Shown: positions 19,932 through 30,139 of the stretch, piece by piece | Numbering within the stretch: the first letter of the stretch is position 1 | Layout: each line of letters begins with the position of its first letter | Source of the DNA: Thermoproteota archaeon | GTDB lineage: Archaea > Asgardarchaeota > Jordiarchaeia > Jordiarchaeales > Freyrarchaeaceae | Assembly (NCBI GenBank): GCA_029258835.1 | Contig: JAPDJY010000030.1 | Coordinates: 99,606-163,605, forward strand | Length of the DNA stretch: 64,000 bases | Direction: 5' to 3' | Notes under the pieces: model-generated | What the model saw: only the letters and a program-made list of their open reading frames with translations | Told to the model about the DNA's origin: nothing | Databases searched by the model: none | Translations under genes and position numbers: made by a program

Positions 19932-21754
19932 CCTTTATCAACCTCTTTAAATATTTCATCGAGCTCTTTCCTTAGGGCTCTCACGTTAACTTTCCCTATA
20001 ACCGTTACTGGAATTTTTTCCTTGATCACGAAGAGCTCTGGAACCTTATGTAGGGGGAGGTTGGCCCTACACCACGCCCTTAACTCCTCCTCCACCCCCT
20101 CCTTTCTCCTGTACTTTTCCTCCAGTTCTATGAAGGCTGCAACGACTTCGCCATAATCTGGATGGCTATGTTTGATCACTTTAGCTATTTTAACGGCAGG
20201 ATGCTTGGCTATTACCTCCTCCACCTCTGCTGGGTAGAACGGCGTTTCCATTTTACCTTCCTCAATTCTGCCCATATAATAAATGAAGCCGTCTTCATCG
20301 TACATTCCAATGTCTCCCGTTCGCATCCATCCGTCGATCAACGGTAAAGGTGCCCCCCTAGGCTTGCTAAAATAGCTTTTAGCCATCGCCGGGGACTTAA
20401 GCATGATCTCCCCTACTTCACCCGGCGGGAGGATTTTTCCCGTTTCCGGATCAACTATCTTAATGAACGTTTTTGGTGAGGGTATCCCGCAGAACACCCC
20501 GTTGTACCTCTCTGATCTTTCAACGTCAAGGTTCTCAATGAAAAACGCATTAGCTATGGTGTCGTACGTGTGGCTCTCAGCTAACCCGTAGCTTACCTCA
20601 CAGAGGACAACTCCTGTCAGGTCAAACCACCTCATCCTTAAACTCTTGGTTAAACGTGTTGTGATGCTCGTCCCAATGCAGCTCCTTAAACTTTTAAGAT
20701 TGTACCTTCCAACCTTAGGATGCCTTAGGATCTCATCGTAAAGGGAGAATTCAAGGTAGGTAATGGTTACCTTGTACCTTTCGATGGCTTGCATGGCGGA
20801 TACGGGATCCCACTTCTCCATTAAAACTACGGTTTTACCCCCAAAGATGGGGCCGTCCACGCAGCATAGCTTCCCCGCAATCCAGAAGCTTGGCATAGCA
20901 CCCAAAATAACGTCGTCTTCGAACTCCTTCTCCAGCACCTCAAACTTAACGCTTTGCTTCCTGTACTTTTTGACTATGGGGGCGGCGTTAACGTAAGTGT
21001 AGGTGAGAGCTGCTTTAAAGAGTACGTTCCAGTGCGTGTGCAGGCAAGGCTTTGGAAGCTTATAGGTTCCACCTGTAAAAACTATTGTTGCTGGGTCATC
21101 GAGTTTAACGTCAACTTTCCCCGTATCCGCCTCTGCTTCCTTTAAAACCTTCACCAGATCCCATCCTTCTCCAATGTCCTTCTTAGGCTCCTTAACCTCA
21201 GGAGGCGTCTCTATCTCAGCTTTCTCCATAAAGTCTGACAAACATGTTGCTACAATGCCCTCTACTCCCCCAGCCTTCCTGGCGACATCGGACATCATAG
21301 GGTAATTCCTGTCAAGGCACACCACAACCCTCGGCTCGATCTCCCCCAGCAAGTACTCGATTTCATATCTTTTCGCCCTAGGATTCATTAACGCCGCAAT
21401 GCACCCTGCCTTGAGGCTGCCAAAATACGTTATAAGGAGTTGAGGGCAGTTAGGGAGATGAAGCGCTACAACGTCCCCTTTCCTAACCCCTAACTCCTTA
21501 AGGAAGCATGCAAACCTATCACTCAACTCGTTTAGCTCATTGTAAGTAATCCTCGAACCATAAAATATCACAGCATCCCTCTCGGGATGATCCCTAGCCC
21601 ACCTCCTTAAGTACTCAGAGATCGGTACCTTACCATGGGGGTAGACCTCCTCCACGGGTAACGGGAGAGGCCAATTCTCCCTCCATTTCTCTAAAAGAAT
21701 TTTAAGGTACCTCTCTTCTTCAGCCTCTCTCACCACGATATCAGCCACAACCAC
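19928..21754 (-). CDS. AMP-binding acyl-CoA synthetase (long-chain fatty acid-CoA ligase-like)
   Basis: FTGGTYKLPK, SYGLAE, RTGD and GKV motifs. Confidence 0.9.
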   Translation of the reverse strand: MVVADIVVREAEEERYLKILLEKWRENWPLPLPVEEVYPHGKVPISEYLRRWARDHPERDAVIFYGSRITYNELNELSDRFACFLKELGVRKGDVVALHLPNCPQLLITYFGSLKAGCIAALMNPRAKRYEIEYLLGEIEPRVVVCLDRNYPMMSDVARKAGGVEGIVATCLSDFMEKAEIETPPEVKEPKKDIGEGWDLVKVLKEAEADTGKVDVKLDDPATIVFTGGTYKLPKPCLHTHWNVLFKAALTYTYVNAAPIVKKYRKQSVKFEVLEKEFEDDVILGAMPSFWIAGKLCCVDGPIFGGKTVVLMEKWDPVSAMQAIERYKVTITYLEFSLYDEILRHPKVGRYNLKSLRSCIGTSITTRLTKSLRMRWFDLTGVVLCEVSYGLAESHTYDTIANAFFIENLDVERSERYNGVFCGIPSPKTFIKIVDPETGKILPPGEVGEIMLKSPAMAKSYFSKPRGAPLPLIDGWMRTGDIGMYDEDGFIYYMGRIEEGKMETPFYPAEVEEVIAKHPAVKIAKVIKHSHPDYGEVVAAFIELEEKYRRKEGVEEELRAWCRANLPLHKVPELFVIKEKIPVTVIGKVNVRALRKELDEIFKEVDKG

Positions 21755-21889
21755 CTTTTAAGCAAGTGTAAAAACTGTGAACCACCAGCTGAATAAAGTT
21801 TTTGTCCTCCTCCCTCAGCCTTCTAAACCCTTACCTCCTCACCCCCAAAGACGCCGCCTTGCGAAGCAGTTAAATATTTTGTATGTGTT

Positions 21890-22012
21890 TGGGGTGCTGG
21901 CTTGGCCACGGGGTGGCCTATGGGTGGAGTCTTCGGACGCGTGGCTCCGGGGTCCCCCCGAAAGCCCCATCAGAGGCGCATGCCTCGATGACGGGGAAAC
22001 ACCTGACAGACC
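21890..22012 (+). ncRNA. GC-rich structured RNA resembling a TnpB omegaRNA scaffold (orphan)
   Basis: Several hairpins; TTAAATA at 21870-21876; shares TCCC.CCGAAAGCCC...CGATGA...GGGAA with the tnpB 3' end at 29760-29815. Confidence 0.55.
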
Positions 22013-22070
22013 AAAACATACATCCACCCATAAAAACCTATCAAGCGTGACCCCAACGTTTATCTCTTTT

Positions 22071-23576
22071 TTACCTCTTCCAGAATGCTTGGTGTCCCCC
22101 CCCGTGCTTTGTTCTTCTAGGCCTGATGTCGACTAGGATCGGCATTCTGGTCGCCATACCAGTGACCATCGCTGTCCCCGTGGGCAGAAGAGGTATTCTT
22201 TCAGCATCATCAGCGCTGGCATAGTCTAAGATAGGCTTTAAGTATTCTATGTCGTAGGCTCCTTCTATACGCAAGATGATCTTCGTGCCGCACTGCGTTA
22301 GGATGTCCTTATCGAGTCCTGCAACCCTCTGGCTGGTCAGGCAGAGGGTTACGCCGAACTTCCTCCCTTCCCGTGCTATCCTTCTCAGCACAGACCCGCA
22401 ATAACCTCCTGCACCCTGCGGGGCAAACCTGTGGCTCTCTTCGACGACGATGGTTAAGGGGGGGATTTCCCCTCTTCTTCTAGCGGTGAAGATCTTCTCT
22501 AAGACCACTCCAACTATCGTCCTCCTAACCCTCTCATCCACGTTTCCGCTTAGGTCCAGAACCGAGAGTCGTCCCGGCTTGACGAGCCCTCCTACGTCAA
22601 CGTTTCCTCCGAAGAAGACAAACTCGTTTAAAGCCTGTATCTTTCTAAGGGTAGCCATCAAAGTGTTCCTTTGAAACCCCCACTCCTCGGCTGCAGCCTT
22701 AACAGCGCTGACTAGCTCCTCTAACCCGTAACCTTCACCGTCAACTTTCTTGAAGGCCAAGTAAAGAAGGTCTGATTGGGCTCCGCTCAGGTCGCAAACC
22801 TCGGCTAAGGCGTAAGGGTTCAAGTCGCTTATCCCTATAGACAGCTTTCTGCCCTCCTCCTCTCCTAAAGAGTATACAGTGGTTGGAAACCCCTTCAACG
22901 TCAAACCAATCCTCTTTGCCCTCTCAACGTCCTCGGGGTTATCGTTCTCCCGGGAAAACCACTTGTATTCCCCATGTGGGTCTACGGCGACTACAGGCAT
23001 TCCTCTCTCTAAAAGCTCTTCAACCATCACACCAACAGCGTAGGACTTTCCGCTGCCAGTAGCTCCGAGAACCGCCACGTGATATGGGAGAAGCATTTCC
23101 GGGTTCAAGAGGACTTTAACGTCGTTGTTCCCCCTCATAAACCCTATGAAGATCCCATCCGACCGGAAGTTCAGGAAGCCCTCTAAAAGCTCAGGCTTAG
23201 CCCTGTAAACGGTGTCCCCCGGCTCAGGCGGCGTCTCGGGAGGTAACAGCTTATCCCCCCGAATCACCCCTACCACTCTAACCCTTGCCACCCTCCACCT
23301 TCCCACCCGTGTTGGGAAACGGGCGTGAACAGGGATTCCTGCGTCAAGGTGGTACTGGAGAAACTCGGGGCTTGAGAAGTACTCGTTATATGAGTGGATG
23401 GAGTAGACGCGTCCAACTATGACACTTAACCCTAATGGAACCTCAACGTACTCTCCAACTTTAACATCCACGTCCTTAGCCACTTGGAATGAGAAGGAGA
23501 GGTGGTTAGGGGTCTGCCCTTCACATATGATCGTACCTAGCTCAAATGCTTTTCCACTCACACCATCACTCCCCAA
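22071..23576 (-). CDS. herA: HerA/FtsK-family ATPase with HAS barrel
   Basis: GATGSGKS, DPHGEY, VVEESHRF, EGRKFG and SQR motifs. Confidence 0.9.
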   Translation of the reverse strand: MGSDGVSGKAFELGTIICEGQTPNHLSFSFQVAKDVDVKVGEYVEVPLGLSVIVGRVYSIHSYNEYFSSPEFLQYHLDAGIPVHARFPTRVGRWRVARVRVVGVIRGDKLLPPETPPEPGDTVYRAKPELLEGFLNFRSDGIFIGFMRGNNDVKVLLNPEMLLPYHVAVLGATGSGKSYAVGVMVEELLERGMPVVAVDPHGEYKWFSRENDNPEDVERAKRIGLTLKGFPTTVYSLGEEEGRKLSIGISDLNPYALAEVCDLSGAQSDLLYLAFKKVDGEGYGLEELVSAVKAAAEEWGFQRNTLMATLRKIQALNEFVFFGGNVDVGGLVKPGRLSVLDLSGNVDERVRRTIVGVVLEKIFTARRRGEIPPLTIVVEESHRFAPQGAGGYCGSVLRRIAREGRKFGVTLCLTSQRVAGLDKDILTQCGTKIILRIEGAYDIEYLKPILDYASADDAERIPLLPTGTAMVTGMATRMPILVDIRPRRTKHGGGHQAFWKR

Positions 23577-25011
23577 AGGCGGCCTTCGCCCTGTCAGCGT
23601 CCCTAGCCTTCTGAACTCTCTCCAGCATGCTCAGGAACCCTGCTTTAAGCCCGGCCTCAACGGACATCACAAGGTTCGTCAGATTATTCGTTGCCTCCTG
23701 CCTTGCGACAGACACCACGCTTGGCCCGGTCTCCACGCGCTCCCTTAAGGGAGCAGCCGTCAGCGTGTAAGCTACGTTCGCCACCCTCTTATGGTCCTTT
23801 AAGGGATCCTTCGATATGAACTCGTACTTTGTCACGAACCCTCTCCGCATGAGGTAAAACTCGTAGACGTCTCTCACCGGAGGTTTACCCTTCTCCTCTC
23901 CTCTCTCTATTAAGCAGGTAGAATCCCCGTCCTTTAACACCATAGAAAGGAAGTTGAGGTCGTTGGTTTTCCCCGCGCCCTCCCCTAACACAGGCCTGCA
24001 CGCCCTGAAAAATATGTTGTCCATTGATATTGGGCTTACGCCTACTAGGGTGATGTCCCTCTCATTAGCCACCTTAACCATTTCGTAGAATAGCCTATTG
24101 CACTCGTCCTTAAGTTTCACTAAGCTCTTAGACGCGACCAGGAACCCATGGGGCACCAGCGCTCCAAGCCTAAAGTAAACGTCAAACCTGTCACCGTACT
24201 CCTTGAGGAGGGCTATGCTCATCCTGTAATGCTGGATCTCCCTAAGGTATCTTGCAGCGATGCTTCTCCCCGCCTGAAGCAGCTCTGGAAAGTCTGTTGA
24301 AAGCTCAAAGAAGGGGTCCCCCTCCTCGAAGGGCTCCATTCCCTTGAAGGAGTGCAACTCTGGGATCCTCCTCCTAACGGATTTGTCAGGGTTAAGGATC
24401 CCTCTCTCAAAAAACCCTATAAACCCTCCAACGCTTAGGCATACTATCGTTAGTATGGTGAAGTCGTATAGGGCGAAGTTGCGAACCATGTGGGCTGGAG
24501 CCGAACCAGCCACATAAACATTATCCAGTAGAACTTCCTCGGCGAACTTTGGGAGGACAAGCGTCTCCCCTAAAAGCCTAACAGGGAAAACGTGGCCCTC
24601 AATCCTAGTGTTAACCAGCCTGCCCCTTACCTCCTCCCCAGAGATTAGGGGAAAGTCGAGCTTCCTCAGGACACGCTGAACCTTCCTTGAGACCGGCTCA
24701 GCAGCCAGCAGGTGAGCCTGCCTTCCCTCAAAATCCTCAATGAAGATTGTAGACCTAGGCTCAAAAAGGAGCTCGTCGGCAACCTCCCCCACAAACCTTT
24801 CATTAAGCTTGTACCTACCTGCCCCCTCATAGGACAAAACGTTCAAGCTTAAAAGGTCGTCAAGGTAGTCCTTCACCGCCCTCTCGGTCAAGTCAACCTT
24901 ACCTGCGAGCTTGGCCACATTCACCTCTCCCTCCTCGGCGTGGAGCTCCATGCAAGCGTGAAGGATCATTGTTAGCCTCGCCCTGTAAGTTGACCCTGTC
25001 CTTCCCAACAT
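23566..25011 (-). CDS. wHTH-fused NurA-like protein, apparently lacking the catalytic aspartates
   Basis: N-terminal HTH (VAKLAGKVDLTERAVKDYL); NurA-like layout; overlaps herA by 11 nt. Start at MLGR (25011) with a GGGTG ribosome-binding site. Confidence 0.65.
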   Translation of the reverse strand: MLGRTGSTYRARLTMILHACMELHAEEGEVNVAKLAGKVDLTERAVKDYLDDLLSLNVLSYEGAGRYKLNERFVGEVADELLFEPRSTIFIEDFEGRQAHLLAAEPVSRKVQRVLRKLDFPLISGEEVRGRLVNTRIEGHVFPVRLLGETLVLPKFAEEVLLDNVYVAGSAPAHMVRNFALYDFTILTIVCLSVGGFIGFFERGILNPDKSVRRRIPELHSFKGMEPFEEGDPFFELSTDFPELLQAGRSIAARYLREIQHYRMSIALLKEYGDRFDVYFRLGALVPHGFLVASKSLVKLKDECNRLFYEMVKVANERDITLVGVSPISMDNIFFRACRPVLGEGAGKTNDLNFLSMVLKDGDSTCLIERGEEKGKPPVRDVYEFYLMRRGFVTKYEFISKDPLKDHKRVANVAYTLTAAPLRERVETGPSVVSVARQEATNNLTNLVMSVEAGLKAGFLSMLERVQKARDADRAKAAFGE

Positions 25012-25214
25012 TCGCACCCTCAAAAATCTAGAAATAAATTTCCAAAATGTTAATATCAAGTAAGAGATAAAAAGATAGCGAAACACGAAAGCCACTTACG
25101 ATAGCAATTTTCACCCGAGCTACAAGTCAAACACACGCCCTCCCCAGCCACATTTTAAAATACTTCACGGGAAAAGTTATTAATAGCTTAAAGACTGGTT
25201 GAGAACGTAATGTC

Positions 25215-26079
25215 ATGGACAGGGACAACACTATCCACCTTCTCAAGCTTTTCTTCGAAAGCTTGGAAACGTAGAGTTTGCCGTGGTCTACGACTCCATT
25301 GCACGCGGAAACTCCACCTCTGCGAGTGATGTCGACGTAGCCGTTAAGTTCTGCACCCAAGTCACCTACGATGAAATAGGTGACATAATGCTGAGTCTGG
25401 CAAGCCTGCTAAAAACATGGTAGAGGGCAGGGTGGACTCCTAGTTTTACGGGACGACCTACCAGTAGAACTCTCTTCAAAGTTGCTTACGGTGATGTTTT
25501 CCTGGCAGGCGACTTAAAGGCTTACAAGAGATTCCGCGAAGACCGTTTCAATCACCTCGACTTTAAGTTTTTCAGGGAAAGTTAAAGCTTCGGAGGAAAA
25601 AATACCTGCATTTTGACAGCTGAGAAAACGGTGGGGTAGAGGTGAACTGGAAGACATGGTAGAGCACATTGGAACTCGTGTTAAAAGCATAGATTAGTTA
25701 CTCCACGAGAAAAAACCACGGGAATAGCGAGTGATTTCATCCTTCTTAATGCAATATTCTTAATGCAATACTGCACAATGCTCCAGACAAGCATCCAGTC
25801 GTTAATTGACTGCTCCTCCCGCCTTCCATCATAGGAGAGAAGCCTCCCAGAACCTACGGTGAAATACCGGAATCCCTCCTAAAACGCAACGTGCCGTCAC
25901 AAAGTGAAGCAGCCCTAGCACGAAAAGTAATCGGCTTCAGAAACGTTTTAGTCCACGCATACCTAGACGTAGATGAAAAATTACTTCTAACAATACCTGA
26001 GCAAAGAAAGTACCTTGACATACTCGACATGGCATTAACACTCCTAAAATACGTGCATGAACATGGAATAGACTTTTAA
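25215..26079 (+). pseudogene. Degraded MNT-HEPN (MntA/HepT) toxin-antitoxin pair
   Basis: Frameshifted fragments VEFAVVYDSIARG...SDVDVAVKF (MNT) and GFRNVLVHAY (HEPN RX4H). Confidence 0.75.
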
Positions 26080-26298
26080 CCGGACCTAATCAAGTCCGCC
26101 ATGCAACTTAGAAGCAATGTTAAAAGCAACGTAAGCAGCCGTCAAACACGGCTTACTTCATGGTGGAGCTGGCGGTGCACGGTAATCCCATAGAAACACA
26201 CGCAACCTATTAAAAATTCTTCTCTCCCAAAGAATTTGAGGCTGCGCTAACTGCGCTTCCTAAATCTACGAAGAATAAGAATCCCTTTTGAAGCAAGG

Positions 26299-27363
26299 GT
26301 GGTTTGCTTGATCCTGGTCAAAACCCCCCTAGGCATGGAGAGAATAGCAGCGTCACGTATTTCTGAGCTGGCTGAAGGCGTGGAAGCAGAAGCTAAACCT
26401 AACGGTTACTCCGGGATAGTTCTAGTTAAGGGCGACCATACGCTAGCCTCTAGGATTAAAAGTGAGGTGCTGGAAGCGGAGAAGGTGATGGTTGCAGAAG
26501 AGGTGGTGGATGCAGCGATCGAACCCATAGTGGATGCAGCGGTCAGGATCGCTAGGGAAAAGCTGGCGGGGGCAGCCAGCTTCGCGGTCAGAACGACCAG
26601 AAGAGGGTCACATGACTTCACAAGCATAGACGTGAACGTGAAGGTGGGGGCAGCCGTAAAGAACCAACTGGAAGTCCCGGTGGACTTGGAGAACCCTGAC
26701 AAAGTATTATTTGTAGAAATAATCGGCAGCCTAGCCCTTGTAGGGGTTATGGACGGGTCGGAACTTTACCGTAAAGGCGGCCCTGGAAAACACCCTGTCC
26801 TCCCATATCTCAGGAAGGCGGCGATTGTTCAGATGCCATACCTAGGGCCTCCAGACGCCACGAAGGAGATGGGTGTCAGGGTGGGCAGAGAAGTGCAGAC
26901 CTTCGAGGTCGGAGAGCTGGTTGTAGCATTCATAGGCTCAGTCGACGCGAAAAGCCTCCACCTCTTCCTTAAGGGCGTCTTCGAAGGGATCAGGTCACGT
27001 CTCGAAATCCAGCGGCGCACCTACGCCCATAAGCCACGCAGGGTCCCCGTCTACGTGCAAGACCTTTACCAGCTGGTAAGAGATAGAATAGAGGAGCCGA
27101 TCGTGGTCTTCGAACCAGAAGGAAAGCCGGTTTCATCCATAGCCGAAAAACTGGCATCCTTCTTCACGGGGAAAGCGAAGAGGGTTAACCTCCTGATAGG
27201 GTCACGTGAAGGCATACCAAGCGGCATATTCAGGTTCGCTAACCTAGTAGTCGACCTATGCCCGGGAGTAACCATATCAACAGACTTAGCGGCGGCATCA
27301 GCTCTCACAGCGGTAGCAGCAGCAATAGAAGACCAGCTCCTATCAAAACAAGAAAACACCTAA
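26299..27363 (+). CDS. THUMP-domain SPOUT-family RNA methyltransferase
   Basis: SFAVRTTRRG...VDLENPD THUMP domain; LIGSREGIP SPOUT knot. Confidence 0.85.
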   Translation: MVCLILVKTPLGMERIAASRISELAEGVEAEAKPNGYSGIVLVKGDHTLASRIKSEVLEAEKVMVAEEVVDAAIEPIVDAAVRIAREKLAGAASFAVRTTRRGSHDFTSIDVNVKVGAAVKNQLEVPVDLENPDKVLFVEIIGSLALVGVMDGSELYRKGGPGKHPVLPYLRKAAIVQMPYLGPPDATKEMGVRVGREVQTFEVGELVVAFIGSVDAKSLHLFLKGVFEGIRSRLEIQRRTYAHKPRRVPVYVQDLYQLVRDRIEEPIVVFEPEGKPVSSIAEKLASFFTGKAKRVNLLIGSREGIPSGIFRFANLVVDLCPGVTISTDLAAASALTAVAAAIEDQLLSKQENT

Positions 27364-27626
27364 AAACCCGCAACAGGAACGAGAGTAGGTGCCACCGTCC
27401 AAGCAACCCTCAAAGGCGACGCTTACCTGTTACCGCCTTCAAGCCGCCTTCCCCCTACTCATCTCCATCACCTACTTAACTCTACGTACCTCATCACCCT
27501 TCTTTTCCACCCATCCTCCCCCTAAACGTTTTAGGGGCCAACGCTCCAATAACTCTCCTTCATCCACCACGAGAACCCGCCAATCATATCACTTATATTT
27601 GTAAATTTTACATTAGATTAGAGTGA

Positions 27627-29672
27627 TTGGTGGAGGACGAAGGGGGGAAGATGGAAAGGCGTAAAGTAGCCCTCCTCCTGCTCTCAGTTCTACTTGCCGT
27701 CGGGGTGGTCACCCCGTTAGCGGTAAGCATAAGCTCTCCAAGCCTAGCCAGCCCATCACCTGTACACTTCCCTGAAGGGCAAAGTAGGAACGCCGCACGT
27801 GAGAGCGCAGTCACAATAGTGAACTTAACGATCCTCCACACTAACGACATACACTCCCACCTACTGCCATGGCCAGTCGCAGACTATAAGGATGGGGTTG
27901 GAAACGACCAGACCATAGGGGGCATCGCACGTATAGCAACCCTAGTAAGCCAGATAAGAGGTGAGAAGTCGTCCATCGGCGAAGGGGTTCTGCTAGTCGA
28001 CGCCGGCGACTTCCTGATGGGGACACCGTTCCAGTGGACGGGCGTCAACTCGTCAAAGAACGTCTCGGCAGAACTCCACATGATGAGCCTAATGGGGTAC
28101 GACGTCATATGCTTAGGCAACCACGAGTTCGACTACACGGACCACGGGTTGGCGGCCATCCTTAACAACACGAACTCGAGCGTAACCATGCCTCCAATCC
28201 TGTGCTCCAACCTTGAAATAGTTAACGACACCTACGGATTATCCCGCTTCATAAAAGACAACCTCACGCTCACCGTCACCACGAACGGTAAGACCGTAAA
28301 GGTGGGCTTCTTCTCCGTGATAGGCTACAACGCAAACTCAAGCATAATATTCCAAGAAAACTTCAGAATACTAGACCCGGTCACCGTCGCCAGGGAGGAA
28401 GTTAAATACCTTAAGAGTCAAGGCGTAGACCTCATCGTATTGCTTTCCCACAGTGGATGGAGGGAGGACATAGAACTGGCAAAGAATGTCTCCGGCATAG
28501 ACGTAATAATAGGCGGACACGACCATGAACTACTAGAGCAGCCAAAGTACGTAGTTAGAGATGATGGAACAAACACGACGATAGTAGATGTTAAATGCTA
28601 CTCCGAGTACCTCGGAAAGCTGGAAATAAGCTTCGCCCTCGGCCACCCAGGCCAAGGAGTACACGTCAGAGCCTTCCAGGCAATACCAATCAACGACTCC
28701 ATAGCTGAAAACGCCACGATAAAATCAGAGCTTAACAAATACATTCCAGCGATAAACGCCATACTCGCAGAGTACGGCTGGTCCTCGTACGACCAAGTGA
28801 TAGCCAGCGGGCACGTGGAGATAGGGTCAGAGGAGGAGGAGCACGCCATAGGAGACCTTGTTGCGGACGCAATGCGGTGGGCTGCCGAAAACATTACAGG
28901 CGAACACGTGGACTTTGCACTGGTCGAAAGCGGGGTTCTCAGGCAGGGGATGACGAGTGCAAGCGGAAACATAACGGTTTACGATGCGATAAGCGTAGCA
29001 CCCCTAGGAGGAATACCCTACCAGGGGCCATACACGGGCTTATACCTCTGCAAGTTCTACATTTACGGCTACGAGGTTAAGAGAGCCCTAGAGTTTGCAC
29101 TGGCTGGAGGGTTCTTCCTGCAGGTGTCAGGTCTCCGCTACGTGTACGACCCGACCGGCATCCCATCGCAGAAGGTGATGCGCATAAACCAGATCACCGA
29201 TAGCGGAGAAATAGTTCCGATAGAAGACGATAAACTGTACTCTGTGTGCGTTGACGTCTGGACGGCGGCGCTGATCCCAGAGGTGTCCAAAGCATACCCG
29301 ATATTCAGAATAGAGCCGAAGTACGCCAATGGAACCCTGATCAAGACGGAGCCAATGGAGGAGTACCTGGCGTCCATAATGATCGTTAACGGCACAAAGC
29401 TCGTCCCGGAGTGGCACGCCCTCACAGCCTACCTCAAGGACGCGTTGAAGGGAACGGTGCCAGACGAATACAGTAAGCCTCAAGGAAGGATAACTGCTTG
29501 GCAGTGGTTCACCCTTAACCCTGAAGACCTAGCAACATTCCTAACTCTCTACGCCATCGGGCAAGCAGCCGTGGCCCCCGCCGCATCAACATCGCTAATG
29601 GTGGGGGTTGCAGCAGCCATAATACTGGTCGGAGCAGCGGCTGCAGCGGCCATCACATCTAGGAGGACGTAG
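27627..29672 (+). CDS. Secreted, membrane-anchored 5'-nucleotidase/metallophosphoesterase
   Basis: Signal peptide; HTNDIH, DAGD, LGNHEFD and GGHDH motifs; C-terminal TM helix; many N-x-S/T sites. Confidence 0.9.
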   Translation: MVEDEGGKMERRKVALLLLSVLLAVGVVTPLAVSISSPSLASPSPVHFPEGQSRNAARESAVTIVNLTILHTNDIHSHLLPWPVADYKDGVGNDQTIGGIARIATLVSQIRGEKSSIGEGVLLVDAGDFLMGTPFQWTGVNSSKNVSAELHMMSLMGYDVICLGNHEFDYTDHGLAAILNNTNSSVTMPPILCSNLEIVNDTYGLSRFIKDNLTLTVTTNGKTVKVGFFSVIGYNANSSIIFQENFRILDPVTVAREEVKYLKSQGVDLIVLLSHSGWREDIELAKNVSGIDVIIGGHDHELLEQPKYVVRDDGTNTTIVDVKCYSEYLGKLEISFALGHPGQGVHVRAFQAIPINDSIAENATIKSELNKYIPAINAILAEYGWSSYDQVIASGHVEIGSEEEEHAIGDLVADAMRWAAENITGEHVDFALVESGVLRQGMTSASGNITVYDAISVAPLGGIPYQGPYTGLYLCKFYIYGYEVKRALEFALAGGFFLQVSGLRYVYDPTGIPSQKVMRINQITDSGEIVPIEDDKLYSVCVDVWTAALIPEVSKAYPIFRIEPKYANGTLIKTEPMEEYLASIMIVNGTKLVPEWHALTAYLKDALKGTVPDEYSKPQGRITAWQWFTLNPEDLATFLTLYAIGQAAVAPAASTSLMVGVAAAIILVGAAAAAAITSRRT

Positions 29673-29719
29673 CACCTCACACACCATCCTTTTCTTTTTT
29701 GTTCCGTTCCGACTCTCCG

Positions 29720-30139
29720 CTACTTTTATAACTTTCGTAACATTTGTAGTGGAGAGCCTTCCCTCCTCGGGTTTCATCGGAGGGCTTTCGGAGGGAACGG
29801 AAGCCCCCCACATCTTCAGGGCTTTCGAACGAATGTTCCAGCTTCCAATGACATCTTTATCCGCTTCCAAGCTGCATTCACACTTTAAAACCCTGTGCCC
29901 ATTCGGGCTTAATTTTCTCCCACATATCGGACACAGGGAGGAAGTATGGTTAGGATTCACAAAAACAACTTTGACGCCCTTCAGCTTTGCTTTATACTCG
30001 ATGATTGATTGGAGCTTTCTAAAGCTCCATCTGTGTAAGCGACCATTTATCTCTGCCGAGTGCTTAATTGAATCTCTGATATTGGTCAAATCCTCTAAAG
30101 CGATGCCACCATACTTCTCTGCTAGCTTTACAATTTTAT
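29720..30139 (-). pseudogene. tnpB: Outer tnpB, 3' part
   Basis: IALEDL, WSFRKLQ, CPICG...CEC and DVIGSWNI motifs. Confidence 0.85.

Noticed and set aside
21890-22012. SRP RNA or RNase P RNA
   Set aside because: Too short and lacks their conserved motifs.
25012-25095. Hydrophobic N-terminal extension on the NurA-like ORF (similarly on the PRT ORF at 37938-38066)
   Set aside because: Upstream non-coding DNA read in frame; better starts with ribosome-binding sites lie downstream.
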